From an uncultured Gemmatimonadota bacterium (lineage in GTDB: Bacteria; Gemmatimonadota; Gemmatimonadetes; Palauibacterales; Palauibacteraceae): a DNA stretch of 53,945 nt. The notes under the pieces were generated by a model. It had not been told where the DNA came from. It ran no database searches and was given only the letters and a program-made list of their open reading frames with translations. Position 1 is the first letter of the stretch, and each line of letters begins with the position of its first letter. The translations under genes and the position numbers were made by a program. This document shows positions 46,544-53,945 of this stretch, in pieces. The stretch spans positions 1 through 53,945 of the forward strand of contig CAZJXR010000005.1 in the NCBI GenBank assembly GCA_964550085.1. Reading direction: 5' to 3'.

Positions 46544-48562
46544 CTAGCTGCTCGGCCCGGGCGCGGCGTCCCGCGACGCGAGCTCGATCTCGACCGCGGC
46601 GTCGCCGACCGTGGATGCCCAGCGCGGCGTGATCGACTCGCCCTGGACGGTGGTCTCGAGGCCGCGCTCCGATCGGGTCACGGTCTCGATAGGATACCGC
46701 CACAGCTCGGCATCCGGCGAGCACCGAACGAACACCGCCCGGGCCACCGACAGCTCGGGTGCGAAAATGGAGTTGGCCGGCAGCGTACCCGGCTCCCACC
46801 AGTAGGTGGCAGACAGCTCCCCCCGATGTCCGAATCGGAGACACTTCTCGACCGCGCCGCCGCTCGTCGTCCGACATACGACCTCGATGCCGTTTCCGGC
46901 GAGGCGAACATCGCACCCCCAGGCGACGGTGGCCAGCGAACGGATCGGCGCGTAATCGCCCGCGGCGTACGGGTCGGGCTCGAGTTCGGCGGCCAGGAAC
47001 CGCTCGACCAGCAGTGCGCGCGGTTCCGGGTCGCGAGGCGGAAGCTCGGCCAGCGTGGCGCGACGTTCGATGTGGTGGATGCTCAAACCGCCCCGCGCGC
47101 CGCCCGCGCGCCGCCGGCTCTTTCCCGTGCGGCCACCCGTTTCGGCCGGGGCGCGCGCGGTCCGCCGCTCCACCGCCCGGCGGTGATAGGCTTCGATCCG
47201 TCGAGTCAGCACGTCGGCCAGGTTGGCGCCGTCGTCGAACAGGGTGTACTCCTCGATGGCGGCGCCGCGATACGGGGAGATAATGGCCGAGAATCGATTC
47301 GAGTGGAGCCAGATCTCCGTGTGGCCGTCGGCGTCGATGTCGAGCCACTCGTATCCGGGCGGTTCGTCCTGACGCAGGATCCGCTCCCCGATCGCCAGCT
47401 GACGCCACACGGCGGCGCGCAGGTGCGGCAGGTACAGACCCCCGAAGACGCCGTGCCAGTACGCGTCGTTGCACTGCGCTCGACCGATTGCCCGGCGCGC
47501 TTCCGGAGGGTCACCGCGCTGTCTGGACAGCCGCGACAGCGCCGTCATCTTCTTGTGCATCCGGTTCGCTTCCGGATACTTGACGAGGAAGTTGAGCCAG
47601 TGCCCTCCGCGCACGAGGGCGCCATCTGGACCGGCGGACCGTTCCTCGCCGAGCTCTTCGCGAAGAGCAGCCAGTCGAGCCGAGGCGGTCGGAGGCAGCG
47701 CCCACTCCTCCATCTCCCGATACGAGGCCGTCGGGAGGTAGGCCAGCCCGCCACCGGGCAGAGTCTCGAGCGCGGCGGCGAACGTCGTCAGCTCCAGCTC
47801 GCCGCGCTCGAGCAGGCGCGCCATCGCTCGCAGGAACCGGTCGAGCCAGCCGCTTCCGTACACCCGTTTCCTCGTTCCGGGCCAGCCACCGAACTTCTCT
47901 CCATCGTCGGCCAGCACGGCCAGCGAACGGCCGTTCTGGCGCAATCTACGCAGGTAGCGCACGATGTCGCGCGGGGCGCGAAACGGGATCAGGTATCGGA
48001 GACGCTCGTCGATCGCGAACAGTCCGAGCCGACGGCCGTCGCTCTCCGTCCAGAACGGCCGGTCGAGCGCGGCGCGCTCGAAGCCGTTGACCAGGAAGTG
48101 CCGGTCATCGACCAGGGCGAAGGCCACTCCGGCGCGTGTCAGATCCTCCACCAGCGACGGATCCCACACCCGTTCGGTGAGCCACAAGCCGCGGGCCTCG
48201 ACGCCGAAGCGGTCCCGGATCCGCTCGCGCATCCACTCGATCTGCTCCAGGCGGTCGGCGCGTGGAATGCCGACCAGGATCGGCTCGTACATCCCCGCCA
48301 GCAGCAGCTCCGCGTGACCGGATGCGGCCAGCGAACCGATCAGATCGAGCAGGGCGGTATCATGCGCCTCCAGCCACTCGAGCAGCGGTCCCGACAGGTG
48401 CACCGCGATCGGCAGGAAGTCGCGTTCTGCGAGCCGGGTGAGGAACGGCAGGTACACCCGCCGCACGTGCTCCTCGATGACGCGGTCAAAGTTGCCGACC
48501 GGTTGGTGCAGGTGGACGCCGAACGCGAACCGGAGCGGTGGTCCGGGGCTGGACGCCTTCAT
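46544..48562 (-). CDS. GH57 alpha-amylase / 4-alpha-glucanotransferase (AmyA type, DUF1925/DUF1926-like C-terminus)
   Basis: HLHQPVGN, WLTERVW (nucleophile E), DDGEKFGGWP (acid/base D), AQCNDAYWHGVFGGLYLPHLR. Confidence 0.92.
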   Translation of the reverse strand: MKASSPGPPLRFAFGVHLHQPVGNFDRVIEEHVRRVYLPFLTRLAERDFLPIAVHLSGPLLEWLEAHDTALLDLIGSLAASGHAELLLAGMYEPILVGIPRADRLEQIEWMRERIRDRFGVEARGLWLTERVWDPSLVEDLTRAGVAFALVDDRHFLVNGFERAALDRPFWTESDGRRLGLFAIDERLRYLIPFRAPRDIVRYLRRLRQNGRSLAVLADDGEKFGGWPGTRKRVYGSGWLDRFLRAMARLLERGELELTTFAAALETLPGGGLAYLPTASYREMEEWALPPTASARLAALREELGEERSAGPDGALVRGGHWLNFLVKYPEANRMHKKMTALSRLSRQRGDPPEARRAIGRAQCNDAYWHGVFGGLYLPHLRAAVWRQLAIGERILRQDEPPGYEWLDIDADGHTEIWLHSNRFSAIISPYRGAAIEEYTLFDDGANLADVLTRRIEAYHRRAVERRTARAPAETGGRTGKSRRRAGGARGGLSIHHIERRATLAELPPRDPEPRALLVERFLAAELEPDPYAAGDYAPIRSLATVAWGCDVRLAGNGIEVVCRTTSGGAVEKCLRFGHRGELSATYWWEPGTLPANSIFAPELSVARAVFVRCSPDAELWRYPIETVTRSERGLETTVQGESITPRWASTVGDAAVEIELASRDAAPGPSS

Positions 48563-50655
48563 CCTTCGATCCGGCTGACCGTCCCGCCTTCCGGGATCGA
48601 TCGGCTATCGGTGCCCGGGGCGGCCAGGCCGAGCCGCACTGCCAGGCGCGAAAGGCCGGGCCCGGGCGACTCGAGATCCTGCGTGACCAGGAGGCCGAGC
48701 TCGGTGACCGCGTCGAACGGTACCGGTTCGCCCAGCAGGTCCAGCAGGTCGACGAGGTCCTCGACCCGGCGCATGGCGTCGGCCGACGGATCGGCTCGCA
48801 GTGCCCGGGCGCCGTCCACCAGCGCGCCGACGGCGGCTCCCGCGAACGTTTCCGTGCCGTCGGCGACCGCGGCCCGCCGCTCGGTGCTGAACCAGCGGCC
48901 CGCCACCTCGCCACGCAGCACCCGAACCACGGCCTCCCGGTACCGCTCGGGCAGATCGTCGAGCCCGAGGGCCAGCGGCGCGCCGTCGGGCGGCCGGACC
49001 TCGACCTGCATACGGGCGAGCGCTGGCCGCACCACGCGGACCTCGAATATCAGGCTCCGCCCGGTGCGTCGGAGGACGAGGCGAACCGAATCCCCGCTCA
49101 CCTCCGCCAGGCACGCCCGGTCCGGCGGCACCGCGGCCCCCACGCGGTCGGCAGCTGCAATCCCCGCGGCCAGGTGGGCGAAGGGAGGTGTAACCGGCCG
49201 CGCCTCGCGCAGATATACGTCACGTCCGGTGCCGGATTCGGGGTCGTTGCTTACCGCTCCGGCCAGCGTCTCTAGCAGTCTGGTCTCGAACCGCGCCGCG
49301 GCGGGGCCGGCGAGGGCCAGAGCCCGGGCGGCGTATCGCATCACCTGCACCGCCTCGAGACCCGCAATGTCGTCGAAGAACCAGCCGCACGAGGTGAAGC
49401 TGCGGAGCACGTTCCTTTCCATCTCGAGCAGCTCCTGCGCCCGAATCCGTCGCTCATCGTCCGCGCCCTCTCGCAGGTGGGTGGCCACGAAGGGGTCCGT
49501 AGCCGGGCCGCGCTCCTGCCGGCCATCCGCGGGCGGCAGCTCGCCCCACGCGTCGCGGGCGGCCCACGGATCGTGAAACAACCGGCCGCCCTCCGTCTCA
49601 AAAACTCCGTTCAGACCCGCAGCCAGCCGATCGAGCGCCTTCCGCAGCGGCGCCCGCCACGCCTGGCTGGATTTCCGCTCCGGCGCCATACGACACCCGC
49701 AGTCGGACCGCCACCGCTCCACCCCGTGAGCGCAGCTCCACGAGCTCGGTCCAACCAACCGGACTTCCTGCCGGGGAACGTGGCGGCTGAGGAACGACTC
49801 GAAGTTTTCGACCACCACGTCCTCGCGGGCCGCCAGCTTCTCGAGCACCGCAGCCAAGGCCATGTCGCCGAACCGATGATGGTGACCGAACGTCTCCCCA
49901 TCCGTTGCCACGCTGATCAGCCGCGGTTCGTTGGCCGCACCGGCCGCGGCCCGAGCCGCCATCCGCTCGGCCCACAGCCCCGCGTCACCGAGCAACGAGC
50001 CGAAGGCCACGTCGTGCGAGATCTCCCCATCGTACACGAAGATGGCGAGCTCATCGCCGGAGGCGGATCGGTATACGCCCGGCAACCCCGCCTCGGGAAC
50101 GACATCGACCTGTCCCGGCGCCAGAATGGTGAACGCGATTCCCTCGCCCGCCAGCACCTCGAGTGTTTCATCGTCTGCGGCTGTTTCGGGCAGCCACATG
50201 CCGCGGGGATGGCGGCCGAACCGACGCCGGAAATCGGCCACGCCCCACCGGACCTCGGTGATCTTGTCCCGCCGGGTCGCGAGCGGGAGGATCGAGTGGT
50301 GGAACGGCATGGCGAGCGCGTTGCCGTATCCCCCGGTCCGCTGCCGACTTCGTCGATCTCCCTCGAGCATGGCGGCGTACGTTCGGGGGGCTTGTCGCTC
50401 GAGCCATTCCAGCAGCGTGGGTCCGACGTCGAAGCTGATCGATTCGAGGGTGTTGGCGATCCGTCGAATCCGGCCGCTCGGATCGATGCTACGGGCGGCC
50501 ACTACTGCCCGGTAGCACTCCTGCTCGATGCGCTCGTTCCAATCGTGAAACGGCGCGGCCGACGGCTCCCGCTCCACCTCCTCTAGCCACGGATCCTCCC
50601 GTGGGGGCTGATAGAAGTGTCCATGAATGATGATGGAGCGTGGCGAGTGGCTCAT
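48559..50655 (-). CDS. GH57 family protein with DUF3536-like domain
   Basis: HGHFYQPPREDPW, GMWLPET, ATDGETFGHH, SWSCAHGVERW, FTSCGWFFDD. ATGA overlap with the downstream GH57. Confidence 0.9.
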   Translation of the reverse strand: MSHSPRSIIIHGHFYQPPREDPWLEEVEREPSAAPFHDWNERIEQECYRAVVAARSIDPSGRIRRIANTLESISFDVGPTLLEWLERQAPRTYAAMLEGDRRSRQRTGGYGNALAMPFHHSILPLATRRDKITEVRWGVADFRRRFGRHPRGMWLPETAADDETLEVLAGEGIAFTILAPGQVDVVPEAGLPGVYRSASGDELAIFVYDGEISHDVAFGSLLGDAGLWAERMAARAAAGAANEPRLISVATDGETFGHHHRFGDMALAAVLEKLAAREDVVVENFESFLSRHVPRQEVRLVGPSSWSCAHGVERWRSDCGCRMAPERKSSQAWRAPLRKALDRLAAGLNGVFETEGGRLFHDPWAARDAWGELPPADGRQERGPATDPFVATHLREGADDERRIRAQELLEMERNVLRSFTSCGWFFDDIAGLEAVQVMRYAARALALAGPAAARFETRLLETLAGAVSNDPESGTGRDVYLREARPVTPPFAHLAAGIAAADRVGAAVPPDRACLAEVSGDSVRLVLRRTGRSLIFEVRVVRPALARMQVEVRPPDGAPLALGLDDLPERYREAVVRVLRGEVAGRWFSTERRAAVADGTETFAGAAVGALVDGARALRADPSADAMRRVEDLVDLLDLLGEPVPFDAVTELGLLVTQDLESPGPGLSRLAVRLGLAAPGTDSRSIPEGGTVSRIEG

Positions 50656-50790
50656 GGTGTTACGGACGGGTTCTCAACGGGAGCGCCGGTTTTCTGCGGT
50701 GCCCGCTCCCGGGGCTGTGAAGCCGCGGCGACCGACGATGCGATGGGTCGGCGCCACTACTGCCCCGGGTGGACGCGTGCTTCAGGGCCG

Positions 50791-52311
50791 TCAGTCGGAG
50801 GCCGAGCGGGACGCCAGAACCTGCCGGTACAGTTGCAGGTACTTCTGCGCCGAGCGCTCCCATCCGAAGTCGCGTTTCATCGCCTCGCGCATGTGTCCCG
50901 TCCACGCCTCTTGATCGGCGTAGACGAGGAGGGCGCGCTGGATCGCGAGCTCGAGCTCGGCGGTCGAGTAATCATCGAAAAGAAAACCGGTCGTCTGGTC
51001 CTCGATCGTGTCGGCGAGGCCACCGACCCGGCGCGCGACGGGGAGGGCACCGTACCGTTGGGCCCGCATCTGAGTCAGCCCGCACGGTTCGTACAGGGAG
51101 GGCATCAGAAGAATGTCGGCGCCCGCCAGCAGCAGGTGCTCCTTGTGCTCGTCGAAGTCGAGATCGACGGCGACGCGATCCGGAGCGGAGGCCGCGATCT
51201 CGGTGAGGGCCTTCTGGAACCGCTCCTCGCCGCTTCCGAGGAATACGAACTGTGCCTCGGTCCGTCGGAGGAGATCGTCACCCAGCAGCAGGTCGATCCC
51301 CTTTTGTACGACCAGACGCGCGGTCATTCCGAACAGCGGCGTGCGGTCGCTGAGGTGGAGACCGTAGGCCTTCTGGAGTGCCGCCTTGCACTTCTGCTTC
51401 CCCGACAGGTCGCTCTCGGAGTAACGAGCCGCGATCTCGCGGTCGGTCGCCGGATCCCATATCGACACATCGATGCCGTTCAGGATGCCGACGAAACGGT
51501 CGCCCTTGAGGATGAAGGAATCGTGCAGCCCGAAGCCGCCGGCGGGCGTGCGCAGCTCGTGCGCGTGCGTGGGGCTGACCGTCGTCGCCACTTCGCTGAA
51601 AACCAGTCCCCCCTTGAGCCAGTTCGCCCGGCCGTACCATTCGAGCCATTTCCAATGATAAAGCTCGCGCGGGAGTCCGACGTCGATCAGCGACTCCGGG
51701 CCGAAGTGGCCCTGGTACCCGGCATTGTGGACCGAGAGCACGGTCGCCAGCCGATCGTAATAGGGTTGCCCGGCGAACATTGTCCGCAGATACACGGGTG
51801 CCAGCGCGGTATGCCAGTCGTGGGCGTGCAGCACGGCGGGCGGCAGAGCGAGTTCCGGCAGCACGCGTAACACCGCCTGCGCGAAGAACGCGAAGCGCCG
51901 GGCATTGTCGGGGTAGTCGGCCTGATTCTCCCCGTAGATGCCGGCACGGTCGAAGTAACCCGGATGATCGACGAAAAGCACACGCGGGTCACCGCGTCGT
52001 CCTGGCGCCTGATGCAGCCGCGCTTCCTCCGTCCGGGTGCCGATCTGCACCGTGAACGGCCCGGTGAGTGGCGTGATATTGGGGAAGTGCTCTCGGACCG
52101 AGCGATAGAACGGCATGAACACCGCGGTCGGGACTCCCGAGGCGGACTGGAAGCGCGCGATCCCGCGCACCGCCTCGGCCAGGCCACCGGTGCGCGCGTA
52201 CGGCCAGAACTCGGCCACCAGGTGCACGACGCCGACGCCTTCGCCGCTCGCCCGTTGCGTCGGAGGTCGCACGGTCTTGAGCGGAGACGCGCGCACACGC
52301 GTAGCCGCCAT
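50791..52311 (-). CDS. glgA: Glycogen synthase (GT5)
   Basis: RTGGLA, HAHDWH, HNAGYQG, GILNGID, RLVVQKG, PSLYEPCGLTQM, VGGLADT. Confidence 0.96.
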   Translation of the reverse strand: MAATRVRASPLKTVRPPTQRASGEGVGVVHLVAEFWPYARTGGLAEAVRGIARFQSASGVPTAVFMPFYRSVREHFPNITPLTGPFTVQIGTRTEEARLHQAPGRRGDPRVLFVDHPGYFDRAGIYGENQADYPDNARRFAFFAQAVLRVLPELALPPAVLHAHDWHTALAPVYLRTMFAGQPYYDRLATVLSVHNAGYQGHFGPESLIDVGLPRELYHWKWLEWYGRANWLKGGLVFSEVATTVSPTHAHELRTPAGGFGLHDSFILKGDRFVGILNGIDVSIWDPATDREIAARYSESDLSGKQKCKAALQKAYGLHLSDRTPLFGMTARLVVQKGIDLLLGDDLLRRTEAQFVFLGSGEERFQKALTEIAASAPDRVAVDLDFDEHKEHLLLAGADILLMPSLYEPCGLTQMRAQRYGALPVARRVGGLADTIEDQTTGFLFDDYSTAELELAIQRALLVYADQEAWTGHMREAMKRDFGWERSAQKYLQLYRQVLASRSASD

Positions 52312-52506
52312 CCGGTTCCCTCGCTGTTTGAGTCACCCGATCGCGGACAGTCCGCGAGACCGGGAAGGAAAGCTAGCGCTTTGCTCTCCGGACTGCATCT
52401 GCGCCGATTTGACCACGGACGGCTCTGCGTCGTCACCTGGGTTCACTTACGGCTCCTGCCACGCGGGTGTATCATGCGGCCGAACCGCTCCAGATCCGGA
52501 GGCTGC

Positions 52507-53945
52507 GTGGCTGCTGTCGAGCACGAGACCCTCACCGCCATCGTCGCGGGTCGGTATCCGACCCCCTTCGACACCCTCGGCATCCATCCGCTCCCGGAGG
52601 AGGCAGGGAAGGGTTGGGTGGTGCGCGCGTTCCTCCCGCGTGCCGAGGAGGCGGCTGTCATCCGCGACGGCGCTGTCCCGATGCGCCGCGTCCACCCGGA
52701 GGGAGTGTTCGAGGCGAGCATCCCCGGGCCGACGGAGCCGTTCCCGTACCGGCTCCGGATCCGGGAAGGCGACGGCACGGAGCGCGACATCGAGGATCCA
52801 TACCGCTTTCCGCCCGTCCTCGATGAGAGCAGGATCGCTCGCATGCAACGGGGCGAAGAGCACCGCCTGTACCAGCTGCTCGGAGCTCGTCCCCTGGACC
52901 TGAGCGGGGTGGTGGGCGCCCATTTCGCGGTGTGGGCCCCGCACGCCCACAACGTGACTCTCACCGGCAGCTTCAACAACTGGGACCAGCGCACCCATCC
53001 GATGCGACCGCGGGGCTCGACCGGCGTGTGGGAGCTGTTCGTGCCCGGCGTTGGGGCCGGGGTGCTGTACAAGTACGCGATCCACACCCCCCGCGGGGGC
53101 ACGATCGAGAAGACCGATCCCCTCGGCTTCGCCATGGAGCTGCGGCCCAACACCGCGTCGATGGTATGGGACCTGTCGGCCTACGAGTGGTCGGACGAGG
53201 AGTGGATGCGATCGCGCCGGCAGTCGCCACCCGCCTCCGGGCCGGTCGCCATCTACGAACTGCACCTCGGCTCGTGGCGCCGGCACGCGGGCGTTTCGGG
53301 GGCAGAGGCGTGGCTCAGTTACCGCGAGCTCGCAGAACGCCTGCTCCCCTACGTCAAGGAGCTCGGTTTCACCCACGTCGAGCTGCTCCCCATCACCGAG
53401 CACCCTCTGGACCGGAGCTGGGGATATCAGACGCTCGGCTACTTCGCGCCCACATCCCGCTTTGGAACCCCCGATGACTTCCGGTATTTCGTGGACCGCG
53501 CGCACGCGCTCGGCGTAGGCGTGATCCTGGACTGGGTGCCGGCCCACTTTCCGCGGGACGCACACGGGCTTGCGCAGTTCGACGGAACGCACCTGTACGA
53601 GCACGCCGATCCGCGGCGAGGTGCCCACCCCGATTGGGGAACGGCCATTTACGACTACGGCCGCCCCGAGGTGCGCAGCTTTCTGACATCCAGCGCTCTG
53701 TTCTGGCTCGAGGAGTACCACATCGACGGCCTGCGGATCGATGCCGTCGCCTCGATGCTCTACCTGGACTACTCGCGCGGCCCCGGCGACTGGCTGCCTA
53801 ATGTGTACGGTGGGCGCGAGAACCTCGAGGCGATCGAGTTCATCCGGAGTCTCAACGACGCCCTTCACGCCGCGCGCCCCGACGTGCTGCTGTGTGCCGA
53901 GGAATCGACCGCCTGGCCCGGGGTGACGAAGCCGACCCGGGAGGG
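52507..53945 (+). CDS. glgB: 1,4-alpha-glucan branching enzyme (GH13), 3' truncated by window edge
   Basis: Absent from the ORF track because it has no stop. GGAGG then GTG at 52507; frame reads FAVWAP, YELHLGSW, SWGYQ, DWVPAHFP, DGLRIDAVASMLY, AEESTAWPG. An in-frame ATG at 52474 is an alternative start. Confidence 0.96.
   Translation, partial: MAAVEHETLTAIVAGRYPTPFDTLGIHPLPEEAGKGWVVRAFLPRAEEAAVIRDGAVPMRRVHPEGVFEASIPGPTEPFPYRLRIREGDGTERDIEDPYRFPPVLDESRIARMQRGEEHRLYQLLGARPLDLSGVVGAHFAVWAPHAHNVTLTGSFNNWDQRTHPMRPRGSTGVWELFVPGVGAGVLYKYAIHTPRGGTIEKTDPLGFAMELRPNTASMVWDLSAYEWSDEEWMRSRRQSPPASGPVAIYELHLGSWRRHAGVSGAEAWLSYRELAERLLPYVKELGFTHVELLPITEHPLDRSWGYQTLGYFAPTSRFGTPDDFRYFVDRAHALGVGVILDWVPAHFPRDAHGLAQFDGTHLYEHADPRRGAHPDWGTAIYDYGRPEVRSFLTSSALFWLEEYHIDGLRIDAVASMLYLDYSRGPGDWLPNVYGGRENLEAIEFIRSLNDALHAARPDVLLCAEESTAWPGVTKPTRE

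Noticed and set aside
45608-49576. 1322-aa plus-strand ORF
   Set aside because: Antisense shadow of rqcH and the GH57 genes. Arg/Ala/Pro-rich with no motifs; long stop-free antisense frames are expected at this GC content.
1-53945. tRNA, rRNA, integrase, transposase, prophage or horizontally acquired island
   Set aside because: None recognised. Intergenic gaps are short and show no cloverleaf, and composition looks uniform by eye.

Overview
High-GC (roughly 70% by eye) core-genome region, most likely from a Gemmatimonadota bacterium; this is inferred from gene order and protein style, not from a search. Plus strand, in order: the 3' half of the dcw cluster (mraY partial, murD, ftsW, murG, murC, murB, ftsQ, ftsA, ftsZ; no ddl), an M23 peptidase, a vWA membrane protein, ftsY, recG and asnS. 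Next are mazG (-) divergent from alr-cdd-lipoprotein-outer membrane barrel-miaB-lapA, then comEC and fbp. A long minus-strand block follows (lexA, truA, htrA, purB-C-S-Q-L-F, ppdK), then a secreted S8 protease with a FlgD/T9SS-like tail, rqcH (NFACT), and a glycogen cluster (two GH57 genes, glgA, divergent partial glgB). I found no rRNA, tRNA, CRISPR array, transposase, prophage or defence system, and no clearly new multi-gene system. The best signals are non-coding or fine-scale. (1) A ~120-bp palindromic element occurs twice, 37 kb apart, with terminal inverted repeats and compensatory base-pair changes. (2) Two direct-repeat TTCGG-N6-TTCGG boxes lie in the lexA promoter and are a candidate SOS box for this lineage. 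(3) purS probably starts at AUU. (4) A perfect DnaA box sits just upstream of ftsZ. (5) FtsA has degenerate ATP-binding loops. (6) A bidirectional promoter with overlapping -10 elements serves mazG and alr.
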